From NCBI GenBank assembly GCA_051294905.1, contig CM119371.1, positions 31,870,001 through 31,930,000 of the forward strand: DNA of 60,000 nt, read 5' to 3'. Both the position numbers and the translations under genes were made by a program. Of this stretch, positions 1 to 13,054 are shown piece after piece; position 1 is the stretch's first letter, and each line of letters starts with the position of its first letter. This stretch comes from Botryllus schlosseri (taxonomy: Eukaryota). The notes under the pieces were generated by a model, which was given only the letters and a program-made list of their open reading frames with translations, searched no databases and had not been told where the DNA came from.

Positions 1-118
1 TGTATGTCTGCTCTATCTATTCGGCCTTGATATTTCAACCGAATGGTTCACAGCTGATAAATTGGAAATTGGATCCATCCAACTATTAATGTTGAGTTAT
101 AAAGTGATTCGTATTTAG

Positions 119-319
119 GCTGTGACCATCTTACGGAATTTGGATCTATTTCAACGAGCTCGGAAATTTCAAGATATTTAGACATGGGCCGTATATCCTG
201 TCGAGATAAGAATGCCGTGGGCGGTCGGGCGGTATTTAGCAATGGCAGTGAAGCAGTTCAAACGCAATGTCTTGCTGATGCTACGTGGAAAGATGTGAAT
301 AACATAACTTGCCTGTATC
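119..319 (+). CDS. Copy A exon 3: sushi/CCP (SCR) domain
   Basis: tttag|GC...TATC|gtgagt, 201 nt, phase 1-1. Encodes GCDHLTEFG...ISCRDKN...TQCLADATWKDVNNITCLY, with four Cys and a Trp before the last Cys. Confidence 0.85.
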
Positions 320-3300
320 GTGAGTAAATATGGACTCAAGTCTTCATTGAATTTAGGTTCTGGCCTTGTTTCTTGATCATCTTAGTTTGAAGTCACATGA
401 AGAGTTCCGAGCACCAGACCAGGCAGGGGTTCCTAACTTAAGGGTCACAACCCCAGTGGGATCGTTTGTCTTTGTCTAGTGGTCGCAAAGACCAAAAATA
501 ATAACAGTGATAATTACAAGAATGGTTGTTAACCGGATGCTATCAGTACCTCATTCTTGACAATTTTAGTTCGTTTTTTTTTATTAAAATGAAATAAAAA
601 TCGACCTGGATGCGATCCTGGCAAACTGTGCAGATCAATCTAAGTGTCATTTTAAATCGTCACCTATCATATCGTAACCCTGGCATCTGATATCACTATG
701 CAGAATAAAATGCCGGGTGAATAGAAATCAACAGGAGCAGAATATTCCCTTCCAGGAATACTACAAGTGACCGGTTGCGCTATGTTCAGAATGGACCTCG
801 GACATATGAGCATGAGCGTGCGACATTATAGCATGCGACACTACGTCATGGAACAATTGAGCATGCGGCGGATCAGCATGTGGATTATATTACTGGTTAA
901 GGGTGGGTTATGGATGGACTTATGGCTGGGTTAGGGTTATGCTTGGTGTTAGGATATATATAAAGGTTAATTTCAGGGCTATGTTTCGGGTTAGGGTAAG
1001 TTTTTAGGTTATAAAGTCACATGATGAAGTGACGCAAGCTCATGTGTCCCATGCGGAACTGTCGTTTTCCATTGTGTCGCATGCTTTATACGTTGCTATA
1101 TTCTTGAATCTTGATAGAGGTAAGTTGATCACTTCATAATTGCATAGACTTATTGCTGCTACTGCGCACAAACTCACCAGCTTTCAACATCGCTCTATAA
1201 AGTATAAGCGATAGTCAGTGATCTTCCTGCATCCTGTTTATAATTCTCCCATTGTAAAATGATTAGCTTTGTGCTTAATAGCAATCAATGCGGAGCTGCG
1301 CATCAATGGCAATCGGTACAGCGAAACTGTGAATTTGATTTACAACCAGTCGACTAATCACAATATTGCGATCTTGTTGAACTGCTCTATAAAGGATGAA
1401 GCAACGAGCGGAGTGGCAAAATTTATAATGAACAACAAACTGGTCAGTATCTTAATATCTTCTAAAAGCTAAAAATGTATATAAAAAATGACTTATCCCC
1501 TACAAGGTGATAAACCAAACTGATGGGGGGCATCATCTCCCAATTCTTTTTAACGCGACTTCTCAGCGAAGTTTTTTGTACTGTTTAGTGATTGAGCTTT
1601 CCTCACATAAACCACGCCAGGCGCGAAAAATATCAATCATTCATGGTTGAATCGGACTATATGATCGGGAATTGCATATATATTGTTGTTGATTTTCTTA
1701 GCCTCTCTCTGCTCATGTAATCAGATTTACCGCCAAAGTCGAGTGAGGTGTTCTGGAAAATGTCGGCCCCCTAAATAACAATCAGAGCAAGTTTTCAAAC
1801 TTTGGTGACTTTCTTTACAGCTTCCGACAGCTTCCTAAATACTCAGAAATAATGTAGTATGGTGTTTTAAGCTGTTTGTTAGAATCTTATATCCAGGGTT
1901 GCCATACCGTCCTTATTTCTAAGATTTGTCCTTATTTTGAAGGGCCACGTCTTAGAAAACTCAAATGTCCTTACTTCTAAGAAATGTCCTTATTTTCGAC
2001 TTGCGTCCTTATTTTGTCTTATTTTCAAACACTACAGAACTTCGATCGTTTTCCTCTTATATCTGTGTTGCATAATATTCTAAAATTATGTTTTTCGTCG
2101 AAATTTTCTGACATCAAAAATGAAAGGAACTCTCGTGACGTACATACCAAAAGATTTGACTTCTAAGTGGTGAGATAGCTAGGACAGTGAGTGGTGGTAG
2201 CCTATAGCATAGTTTCGTCTGTACCAAGCTACTGATTTTTTTAAATGAACAGGCGTAAAAACGTTTTTCATGGCGATTATGAGAGAGAATTAAAAGGTAT
2301 CTAACGAAGCTTGAAGGGCGAGTGTTTCGAGCATTGCAATATCTGCAATTGTGACATCAACCTGGAGGCCGTAGGAAATACTGCTATTCCAACTCACATC
2401 GATACCCAAAAATGCAAGAAGTGTGTCATGATGATTAATTTGAGCCAGTCGATGAATAATTTTTCCACAAGTCGATCAGCACCAACGACCACAGACTATA
2501 AGGCAGCTGCTGCAGAGGGTACCTGAGCATTCCATACTGTCAAACACCAACAATCATTCCTCAGCAACGATTGCACATCGCCATTGTTCAAAGCAATATT
2601 CTCTGATTCCGACATTGCAGATAAGTTGATCGAGACTACAAGCATTGTTGCTGGAGTTTTTGCTCCATACGCTCACAAATGATTTTGTCTAAACTTGGTG
2701 GACCAACGATTTTTTGGGGGGGAGGGGGGGCTGACGAGGTGCTGTTTCGGCTGGAGTAAAGGTAAACAACTTATTAGACCTGAGCTGTCATGATATCCAT
2801 GCAGCACTTTCCAAAATCGAGGAGCTGCTCGAGCAGATTGTTTTTGGTGAAAACTATGGAATGTGATATGCCACGGCTCGTATAAATACACAGTATGTAC
2901 AAAAACGCTTTTTCATGTTAATCTAATTTTTCGACTGTCCTTATTTTTGGGTCCATGCCGATGGCAACCCTGCTCATATCGCTACTTTTTGCAACTTTTT
3001 TCCATCTTTTTCCTGCAACTTATTGCAACGTTTTCGATTTTTCATGAAACATTTTGCAACTTTTTAGTCTTATTTTCGAAACTTTTTGCAATTTTTTCGA
3101 GTTTTCAGGTAACCAACCTTTTACTTTGAATATTTGGCAGTTTGGCACTATATATAAATGAATCGCTTGAATATTTCACTGTCGTTTAAGTTTGAGGTCC
3201 TTTCTGATTAGACGTAGCCTACATACATATTTGAAAAGTTGCAAAAATTTCCAAAAATATACTCTATAATTTACGGTAATTCACGAAATAATTTAGGGCC

Positions 3301-6300
3301 CTGTTCGAGTTCGGCAGTTACGGTCCTGGTTACGAAGCACCTAAGTAGGGAGTACCAGATTTTTGTTATGGTTTTGAGCGAACACAAAATCCAATCCTTG
3401 ACGATTGAAACGACGTTTACAAAAATATAATAAATAACCAAAAGACCTGAACCATTTATATGACGTTTTGATAGTATATCAACGATAATTATGACACAGA
3501 AGGCAATATTATCATTCCAATACCCTTACTACAGTTAAACAGCTCTTCCATTACGCCTCATCCCAACCTGAATCGGAAGAACATATCTTGCTATTTCGAT
3601 AATGATTTCGTGAAATACTTCCATCAATCTACCCATACCTACTCGTCTACATCTACCTTAAACATCCTATGTGAGTATGAACTAGTAGGGAATGCCGTGA
3701 TCAATACGTAAAACTGTGTATTTCTCTTCAGTTGGACCTCATCCACCAAATGGATCGGATTCGCTTTGCTCATTTCAGAACGGCTCGATTGCGTTTTACA
3801 CCAACCCACCAGAAATCGGAAGTTGGTTATCGCTCATAAAAGGTAGTGCTATAATTCTGTATTTTAATATAAGGTAATTCAAACATTTTTAATGTACTTC
3901 ACAGTCTGTTACACTGAGCCATATCTCCAGTGGGGTGTGTATAGAACATGCATCATAACAAGGGGTGGCCAGCCTGCGGCCGTAGAAGGAAATTTGTGCG
4001 GGAGAGGACACGTATTTCGATTAGTATGTGTTGCAAGCAGTCGACGTGCAATTTGAATTTATGAATTGACTCTCGAATTTTTGAGAGATTTTTATTATTC
4101 TTGAAATTTTATCCGCGCTGTGCGTGATTCTGCGCGTGATTCAACGCGACATCCTTTTCGATTTCAATGTGGTAACCCGTTGCGAACTTTGCAATCCAAC
4201 CCTAATAGTAAAGACGTGAACAGAACAGGAAAATGATGCAACATATACCAACTTGGAATCGTGTAATACTCACCAAAGAAATTTGTTTCTGGTACGTGTG
4301 GGCGATTCCAATATCTTTCCACTATAGTGATAATCTTGGTGGGAGGTCAAGAAATAATAGCATGCAACAAAGTGACTAACAACATTGGACCAGCAGAAAA
4401 TCCATCATCATTTATTACTTGCCCTAAATTTTCGAAAACACCTCTCCATCAACTCTACCGGTGAGCTGATTACATGGGCTGAGAACGAATAAATGCTCGA
4501 TAGGAATATGTTAAACTACTAATTTTACTGACGCAATTCATTCGTAAATCTAAAAAACTTTCGCGACCATAACGAATCCCAGAAACTATTCATGACATGT
4601 CCATGACCACTCGCGATTTCGATGCATATAGCCGATCACAATAAATAGATTAGTCCAGAGTTCACAGTAAATGGACATGAACTGGACAGTTTAGCATGGG
4701 TATTTGCCGTCCTGTTAGTTTAGTTAGCAGGACTATGCGCCTGAATAAGCATAAGTATTCGAAATGCGGCCGTGAATATCGAAAAGGTTGGCCACCCCTG
4801 ATCATATTCATTATTGAAAAAACGATCAATGTGACTCAATGAGCGGTGGCAGAAATTGAATCGCCCAGCAACCCACTCAGATGCAAGCAAACATCCCTTC
4901 AACGGCGTACAATCATAATGAAGACGGCAGTAATACCGACATATTTTCAAGGAGATGCAGAAGTACCAAGTATCATAACGGGGTGCTGTGGACAGATGTA
5001 TGGCGTTCACGGGAAAATGATCACACCGCGTTACACTGTAAAGAAAGATCTATATTATGATAATCCCAATATCATGGAAGACTGGAAATGTTATTCTATT
5101 CAGCTCAACGACGCGGTTAACCTGAGTCTGCGAGCAAATCTTTTGGGACACGAATATTACGCGGTGGTGCCCTGCGATAACATGACAACTGTTCCAGGTA
5201 TCTGTGTTTAGAAACCTGTAGACTATTTTGTTGGATTCAAATCAAGAATTAAAGGCTAATTTTACAAATCCAGATGACTTAGATGACTCTCTGATAATTC
5301 CCATTGTGTGTGTTGGAGCGGCTATGCTATTAACAACCATCGGGCTCGTCATAATATGTTGGAAGGAATGCGGTAAAGGTAAACATGTACATTGGACAAG
5401 CCTACCTAATTATCATTGGTGCAACTCAACTTCATTTCGGTGCGCCAAATTGCAGAAAACTCAAACAATGATGGCGGTAAAGTTGAAAATAGCAATCCAA
5501 TTCATGGAACATCAGATTACGATAATGTGAATCCAAAACCATACGAACAGGTTTTGAACCCACTTTCTGGAATTACATCCAGTGAGCAAAATGACACGGC
5601 AGTATATGAAGTATATTCAGTTGAACATAACAGGACTGAGGAAGGTTTGTTCCCAAATTATACTATGTAGACACGTTTCCATGGACCCAAAGTCAACTCT
5701 GCCCCCTCTGTTCATAACTTCGTCAATATTGCAGCGTCATCTGTTTTACTAAGTCACAGATGATAAGTAACATAAAGTAATTGATGAAATAAAATGAACC
5801 GTAAAAAATAATATCCCTACCAGACTGGTTCCCAGCCTGTGGTACGCGAAGGTCATCCAGGTGGTACGCGAGTAGAATCTGTTCGTTTTTTTTTCGACCG
5901 AAGTGAGTTATTAGCTCAGGTGGGGTTGACTTTATAAGTTTTTTGAAGCCATCGTCGTCGTGGGTAGGGACAATCCCACCAATGACGGCCTACGGCAGGG
6001 GTGACCATCTGACCAACCTGCAGCTGTAAAAGGACATTTGTGCGGTCGAGCGGACACGTACTTCAATAAGTATGTGTTGGTGACCGTCGACATGCAATTT
6101 CAATTTACGAATTGACTTAATTAATCTTGAACTTTCCTTCGCGCTGGGCGCGATTCAATGTGTCTTCATTTTTCGATTTTAGTATAGTAGGGCCCTTTAC
6201 AATTGGAGTCCCACATTTCAGATTCGAAGAACAGAGTAAAATAATGCTCCCCATATAGAAATACCAACTGGGAATCGTGTACACCTAACTATACCGACAA

Positions 6301-7170
6301 TCTTGATGGGAGATCAAGAAGTAACAGCATGCAGCAAAGTGAATAATAGCAATTGGCCCACCCGAAGATGCATTATCATATATAACTTTTCGAAAACACA
6401 CCCTCCATCAAGTCTACTGATGAATATGACCACATTCACGTGCTGAGAAAGGACAAATTTTTGATTGTAATATGTAAAACTACTATTATTAATCACGAAA
6501 TTCATAAGTAAATCTTGAAAAAAATTCGCGCTCGGCGCGGAAATGCTAGCAGTCCCATAATATCACCTGTGACCACTAGCCATTTCGGTGCGTATAGCCA
6601 TCCTATATGATTAAATATATTAGTCTCGACTTCACGAGAAATGGACATAGACACTATAATGTGTGCATTTGGCGTCCACCTATAGTTAATTACGACTATG
6701 CCCTGGAATGTGACCGTGGGCTACATGAGTAGTTGAAATGCGGCCATGCAGTGCAAAATGGTTGGCCACCCCTGGCCTAAGGGGAAGAGATCTAGTTGTA
6801 AAGCATTGGGATTCTTACCTAACCAAATTCCGTTTTAATATATTTGAACACAGGAATTCCAAATTGATCCACTTGCACCTTAAAATGGGCAGTTTATTTT
6901 CTGTTTCGCTGCCTTTGATACCTCAACGCGGGGGAAACATTTTTGACCGCCTTCGGCGCGCGTAACTTTTGTAGGTGGTACGCGAGCACTGCATAAAACG
7001 TCGAAATGGTACGCGGCTTGAAAAAGGTTGGGAACCACTGCCCCTACAATATATCCATCCTGGCTACCCCTATTCTATTAACTAATAAGTCTCTGTTAAC
7101 ACTTGTAGGTAAAAACAAGTCTCAAGAACCGACCGGGGACGCTAAGGCTATTTATTCCGTCGTATATTAA
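119..7170 (+). CDS. Receptor copy A (5'-truncated by window): sushi + Ig-like ectodomain, TM, Tyr-motif tail; exons 119-319, 1282-1442, 3535-3670, 3732-3842, 4952-5197, 5274-5378, 5456-5644, 7109-7170
   Basis: All eight exons have AG/GT boundaries and compatible phases, giving one open frame to TAA at 7168-7170. Each exon has a matching paralogous exon in copy B. Confidence 0.85.
771..1100. mobile_element. Unclassified MITE with inverted subterminal repeats and a GGTTAGGGTT-rich core
   Basis: catgcgacac/gagcatg units on the left are mirrored on the right; degenerate TTAGGG centre; ends imprecise. Confidence 0.4.
1282..1442 (+). CDS. Copy A exon 4: N-terminal half of an Ig-like domain
   Basis: aatag|CA...CTG|gtcagt. 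Encodes PINAELRING...LLNCSIKD...NNKL. Paralog at 22096-22256. Confidence 0.8.
1894..2972 (+). mobile_element. Non-autonomous hAT (Blackjack-like) element with decayed transposase 5' part
   Basis: TIR CAGGGTTGCCA / TGGCAACCCTG; TSD cttatatc/ctcatatc; subterminal GTCCTTATTTT repeats; fragments HCNICNCD and AAEGT*AFHTVKHQQSFLSNDCTS. Inserted in an older element (~1783-3130). Confidence 0.85.
3535..3670 (+). CDS. Copy A exon 5: C-terminal half of the Ig-like domain
   Basis: acag|TTA...CTAT|gtgagt. Encodes LNSSSITPHPNLNRKNISCYF...TLNIL. Confidence 0.85.
3732..3842 (+). CDS. Copy A exon 6
   Basis: Follows a 61-nt intron; ttcag|TT...AAAG|gtagt. Encodes FGPHPPNGSDSLCSFQNGSIAFYTNPPEIGSWLSLIK. Confidence 0.8.
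3960..4800 (+). mobile_element. hAT (Charlie-like) MITE in copy A intron 6
   Basis: TIR AGGGGTGGCCA / TGGCCACCCCTG; TSD atcataac/atcatatt; empty site in copy B near 23012. Confidence 0.8.
4952..5197 (+). CDS. Copy A exon 7: membrane-proximal Cys-containing domain
   Basis: tcaag|GA...CCAG|gtatct, inside ORF 4846-5211. Encodes GDAEVPSIITGCCGQMYG...VVPCDNMTTVP. Confidence 0.85.
5274..5378 (+). CDS. Copy A exon 8: transmembrane helix
   Basis: ccag|AT...AAAG|gtaaac. Encodes hydrophobic LIIPIVCVGAAMLLTTIGLVIICW followed by K. An alternative in-frame acceptor 9 nt downstream is possible. Confidence 0.8.
5456..5644 (+). CDS. Copy A exon 9: cytoplasmic tail with SDYDNV, PYEQV and VYEVYSV
   Basis: tgcag|AA...GAAG|gtttgt, inside ORF 5416-5670. 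Confidence 0.8.
5821..7040 (+). mobile_element. hAT MITE in copy A intron 9, hosting 5996-6774
   Basis: Ends CAGACTGGTTCCC / GGGAACCACTG; subterminal GGTACGCG repeats. Confidence 0.7.
5996..6774 (+). mobile_element. hAT MITE of the same family as 3960-4800
   Basis: TIR CAGGGGTG / CACCCCTG; TSD gcctacgg/gcctaagg; interior colinear with 3960-4800. Confidence 0.8.
7109..7170 (+). CDS. Copy A exon 10 (last): GKNKSQEPTGDAKAIYSVVY*
   Basis: ttgtag|GT acceptor; paralog at 25164-25237; AATAAA shortly downstream. Confidence 0.75.
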
Positions 7171-7774
7171 AGAAAATGAAAAACAAATAAAAGGTAACAT
7201 CACAATCCGTTGTAACCATAACGATCAATGGTTTATTGCGCCAAGTTAAAAAAAAAACTAATCGGTTTTATTCCTAATAACGCAATATGGGCTGGAAAGA
7301 TGGTAGCTAGAGTTATGTTTTTTTGATTCTCAAGCATATGCCATGCTGCAAACTAACCGGGGAAAGTGTTCGAAATTAAAAGGCTTGTAGTGCAGTGAGT
7401 TGTCTAACATTCGTGCCGAAGGAAAATTACCATCGTAAAATTCGAAATTGAACTCTATCAAAAATACACAGTTGCACCTCCATAACACAAAACTGCATAA
7501 GTATGCACCAAGCGACGGTGGCGGAACGATGTTTTGTTTTAAAGGATAGGCGTCTTGGGGCATCTCGTGCGAACAAGAAAGTGTGCAAATATATCGACTG
7601 TACCAGTGGCATTTGGACATATCATGAGAGAAGCCGGAACTAAAGTTAAATATCCAATTTCAGATTTTGTATGCACTTGCTTCAATTTCATTGACATACA
7701 TTGTGCGTACAATTATCTATATACGAGCTATTGAATACACATATTGTCCATTTTCCGTGTTTGGATGTATTACC

Positions 7775-8207
7775 TAGGGTTACCATACGTCCCCCTCTAG
7801 GATGATTTGTCGTCCTTCTTCCAGAAATTGAAAATGTCCGCCGAGGACGCGTAAATGTCTTTCTTTGTCAATTCGTCCTCATTTACAGATTTTGTAGATA
7901 TGGCTAATGGACAGTGTCAACTGAAAATCGGCCTAAATGAAGCGAGATATAGGTAATGCGGACGTTCGAGCGAGTCATTCGGCAGTCGAATCAGATTGAT
8001 GACTTTTTTGTAGTCAAAACCAAAGCAGTACCGTGAAAAGTGAGTAATTCGGGAGTGGAGTCGATATGGTGACCTTTTTGTCTTTAGTCAACACGCTACT
8101 ATTGATCGAAAAATTTTCTACATCACCAGTTTTCATTTTCGGTACTAGAGCTTACTGAATATTTGAAAAGAGTTCTGTTTTTCGGATCTCGAAATATGGT
8201 AACCCTA
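7775..8207 (+). mobile_element. hAT Blackjack-like MITE
   Basis: TIR TAGGGTTACCATA / TATGGTAACCCTA; TSD gtattacc/gtgttacc; empty site near 25983 in the copy B flank. Confidence 0.85.
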
Positions 8208-9485
8208 GTGTTACCAAGGTAAAGAATCACCCATAATATACATGCGCTGCTATTTGACATCAGACCCATAACCTTGTTTTGTGGTGCCTGGTCCGCACAG
8301 GCACAGCTCAAACGTTTTATCTAGTAATACGATTTCGAGGGTATCAGAAATCGGTATTTTCCGGTAAAGGCATGAAGTTCCGACTGATATGAGAATCCGT
8401 CAATGTCGCTTCCCGAAAGAGCGTCAGTGATGAAAATCAGCGGAGTTAGCCTTGTGATAACTAGCTAACTACGCAGGCTCCACGAGTTCAATTTTCACCA
8501 GAAGCCGAAGCGTGGACGATTTGTCTGGGCTCCTTATCCTTTATGTAGCTTGTTATTAGGGCGAAAACACAAAAAGTCCAGAAGTAGACCCGATGAAGAA
8601 GCTATTCAAAGAAGCAAATGTACAGAACAAGACTCTATATTATAATACTCTAAAGAGAACGACAGCAGAATAAAGATTAACATCGAATAATTGACATGGG
8701 GCACTAGGAAGAGGCGGGTGCCAGATTAAGGGCGGAGATAATAAAGTTAACTGATCCGGGAGAATGCTAATCATGTGATTAAATACTGCTAATCGTGACG
8801 AGTAAAGTTGGAAAAGGTAACGCACGATGGTTAGTCGAGGTGTCCCGAGTTTTCAATCAAGTGGCGTTATCTGGTGTACCATAACGTGAAAACGCGCTAT
8901 ATAGGCTGTCAAATGTCAATTTGTTGAATGAAACAGCAGCCTGATGAAAAAACGATACTGCCACTGTAATAGGTAGACTTATTCATCATCGTGAAATGAA
9001 AGTCGTGTCCAATTTGTACGGTACAGCTAGGATTATTGAATATTGATATCGCTCTGCAATGGTGGGTACATAATTCGTTGATTATTTAGTGAAGACATTA
9101 CCTAGGAGACAATCGGCACGGCCATTATCGGGAATAATTGTGAGTATGAATGGTACGCAGTGTACGCAGTTATTATAGTTAGTTATCTATAGTTTGTTCC
9201 GGCTTGTTAAATGGTTGGATTACCACTAACTTTATGCGCTGCGAGCAACCGGTTTCCTTAATCTTGGGTTGATCAATCCTGACGACCGCGATAATCGACT
9301 TCATTGCTAATCCAACTTTATTATCTCCGCCCTAAGAGACCGTATGGCCGTTTCAGCATCCAGCTCTCCTATCTGTTGATTGCATCGCATTGTGTCTTGT
9401 GTATCGTGTTGTAGGCTACATTGTAGGCTACACTTGTACCAATATATCAGGGGTCGGCAACCCCATTTTTCATGACACCCTATAT

Positions 9486-10198
9486 CAGGGCCGGCCAACC
9501 CGTGGCCCGCGAGAAGGTTTTGAGTGGTCCGCGAGGTAATTTCCGAGACTAGTAATATTATCAAAAATGGATTGCACAGATTGTGAACTAGAGAAAGGAC
9601 AAAGGAAATTTGATAAGTCTGGCCTCAACCCTTGAGATGTGATGACTAAAATATCAGTTCCGACGCATTGGCAGATCCATGAGCCAGGCACATTTTGGTA
9701 GATCTTCGTACACTACAATGAAGCAGAATAATTTGCGATAGATTTATCAAAAGTTAAAAATTTCTACACGCTTCGCGCAACATGTTGTTCCTCGATTTCT
9801 TGCGTTTAATATTGTTACCCCTTTGTGAAAATGAAAGAACGCCTAATGTATCAGATTGAATCTAACTATATTCGTATCGTTCAACATCTGCGACCTTGCT
9901 TTTGCGCTCGCAGAAAGACCGTCGACTATGAAACCTAGGCACAAAATGATTGACGCATGTTGGTCGAAGCTTTCGATATCGATATGTCCATTGTCCAGGC
10001 GCCGAATAGTCCATTCCTTGGAAACTGAACCCAGCGATATACAGTATGGCCGCAATATAGTGACAATAGTGACAAGTGACAATATTATAGACCCATATAT
10101 GTACTTCGAAAAGTTTTCGCGCTTCGCGTGGCTACTGGCCCGCGCAGTTGTTCGTCAATCGAATGTGGCCCTTTGGCTGAAAAGGTTGGTCAGCCCTG
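9486..10198 (+). mobile_element. hAT (Charlie-like) MITE
   Basis: TIR CAGGGCCGGCCAACC / GGTTGGTCAGCCCTG; TSD ccctatat/ctctatat. An inverted partial relative ends at 11739. Confidence 0.8.
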
Positions 10199-11764
10199 CT
10201 CTATATGATTGGACGCACACGACATATCAAAACCATGTTTGTTGCAAAAGCAGCCAAAGTGAAACAAAAGTTTCCAAAATAGAACAATCTCGAAGATAAC
10301 CAAAAATTATTTCATGAATCAATATGAAGTAGCCTTTTGCGGCAAATTTTATTTATACCGAAACATTTCACCGCGCTTCGCGCGATTTAGTGGAATTGGA
10401 TTTCTGGACTTTATTTTGGGTAACAAATGTATCCGGAGAAAAAAAAACTATAAAAATAACTAGCGCAATATACATAAATGAGTCCAACAGCATTAGCAAT
10501 TATGAGAAAACTTCTGCCTAATCTCTTATGATGCCGTTGAGATGTTTCAGCCTAATAAAAACCGGCATTTCGGTGCGGCGCATTTCCACGCCAGGAGGCA
10601 CAAAACATGTAACATTTCGGGCAACATGCGAATCCGTGAAGTGCGCAGCTAAACTGATTTGCAGCGATAAAACCGTGAAATAAGATAACCGCCTCATAAT
10701 GACCAAACCCGTCGATACTGTTATGTTCAGGCCCCGAAATGACCTGCACCGAATAATCCTGTGCTCGCAGCCTGAGCCGTACGGTGCAAATGAGACCCCA
10801 GAGGAATGTAATGTAGCCCGTGACAAAATGCGAGGCTTGAATCGGCTTGGTCTTGGCCTCGCGAAAGGAGATTTTCTTTTATTTTGTCTGGCACGAGTAA
10901 GCGATTCCAATAGATTTAGAGCAGCGATTATATTTGCCGCGATCTTTGGCGCTTTGTAGACAACCTAGTGCCAGATCAACTTTAAAGTGACATCAAACCG
11001 ACTTGTATGATACAGGGATTGGCACATTTTGCATGATCAAGCCACATGGTCGTAACGACCTTGCTGCGATTGTCACTTATTGGCTATGGTACCGAAAACA
11101 GTGGACTTGGAAACGACCAAAGCAACCACAGAAGATCGATCTTGGCGCGATCAAAGATTTTTTGCAATAAATTAGGCAACTTTTATGTATACAATAAACG
11201 AGAGCCGCATCAAAATTCATACCTTTCGCGACCAATACTTTGAAAACCGCTGGCGTGAACGATGCCTTTGCCGGCTTCAGATAAGCGGTTGTTGGGACTT
11301 TGGGAGGGATTCCTTGCCTAAAAAGATAATTATGACAGAATTATAAACGTCTAGCATGCTGGGTTAAGTTTGCAAGGACAGGACTAAATCAGGCGTTTTA
11401 TCGTTTTCAGGAGGGGGTAGGCTACAACAAAAGAAATCGTGTGACAATTAAACACGCGAAGCGTGAAGAAAATTTTTACTACTCTTTTAGTTTACTGTAA
11501 TGTACGACGATTTACTAAAAATGTGACTGGACCCTGGATCTGCCAATGAGTCGGAACTGATATTTTAGTCATCAACATCCCAAGTGTCGCGGCCAGACAA
11601 ATCATATTTTTGGTTGGCCTTGCAAGTTCACAATCTGAGCAATTCAATTTCGATAATATCATGGGAAATTAGCTCGCGGGTTGCTCAAAACTTTCTCGCG
11701 GGCCACATTGGACCGGAGGCCGCGGGTTGCCCACCCCTGATAGACAGACACATTCGATAGTTTC

Positions 11765-11904
11765 CAGAGCCGGAGCCGGAGCCAGAGCCGGAGCAGTGGT
11801 AATAATGCAGCTCCGGAGCTGGAGCCGGAGCTAATGTAAGATAGAATAAAGCTTTGGAGCCGGAGCCGGAGCAATGCATATTTACAGCTGCTCTAAAGCC
11901 CTGC
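11765..11904. repeat. GGAGCC hexamer array, probably one end of a hAT MITE
   Basis: (GGAGCC)n followed by AGCCCTG; explains the low-complexity ORFs at 11659-11879. Confidence 0.6.
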
Positions 11905-13054
11905 TGGGCTCCAGAACCGGTTTATATTGCCGCATTTCGCCTTCACCCACCCTTCGATTTTAATGAAATATATTGCATTATTTACTATTGCTATTATTAT
12001 CGAATGCACAGTTTGAGTTACGGTTCAACATGATATTCATTTTATGTTGCTGTCGTGAATGCGTAACAGGTAGAACACCATTTTAAATGCGTGGGTATAA
12101 GCTGTCATGGATGCCTCGCTTCGATATAACACCTGATCTACTGCGTGGATCCTCGTGTTTCCGCGATTGCAGGAAGACCATCGCATCGTAGTTTATTATT
12201 GCTTAGTGATCTCTAGTTTACTATAACAAGCTTATTATCAAGCGTTGTTTGGTATTGAATGACGATGCAGAACAGATTCAAGAGTTTTTGCGTATATTAT
12301 CGAGCTGGATGCTCGTTTTCTGAATTGTTCTAAGGTCACAGTGGCGGGTAAATCCTAGCGTGCGTTTCTAACTTTAAATTTCAAATGTCGACTAACTCAA
12401 GACAGGTATATACTTCTGCGCCATTCGCAACAAATTGTAGAGGCATTTTTCGGTCATTTTATTATACGCGGGACAAGTTTTTGAGTGAGTTTTTGAAGAG
12501 ATGGTTTTCATCCTAACAAACTGTTCGAGATACAAATTGCTGATCATGAAGGGGAGGTTGCCTGTAATGACATTTTCGGAATCGGAAAACATAAGAAGAG
12601 ACCTAACGGGCGATTTGATCCCCACATATGAATTAATTCATTCATCACAATTTTGCTTGACGGAAAGACGTAGCGAGGAAGAAAATTAGGAAATGAACTT
12701 TGAAAATACAAGAAGGCGAGAAGTAGTAAACTGATGACGCTAAAATATCCAACTGAGGTACTGTATGACCAAGGGCATTTTTCACTCGCCTGGCTACACG
12801 TTCGTCGCCCGTGCTAGTAGCAGTAGTGATATATGTATACGATGTTCCTTTTCATTCCCTGCTAGTTGCTGACGATTGTCCCTGACGAGTGTCACCCGAA
12901 AATATTCGGGTTTACTTAAATATGAATATATACAATTCAATTGTTTATTGAAGTTCTGTAACTCTAGGAAGCTCTTCGTATATATTTTAGCTTAGAACTT
13001 TATTCAAGTAATTAATGACTTTCCTCTTATCACTGACATATAAATGTATATATA

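Noticed and set aside
5516..5556. ITAM in copy A (YDNV...YEQV)
   Set aside because: The spacer is 4 residues and the +3 positions are V. A canonical ITAM needs YxxL/I-x6-8-YxxL/I.
11659..11879. GS- and LR-repeat ORFs
   Set aside because: They arise from the GGAGCC subterminal repeats of a MITE.
12390..12630. RDGFHPN motif suggesting an SGNH-type LINE ORF1 remnant
   Set aside because: Single short motif in broken frames with no adjacent ORF2 evidence.
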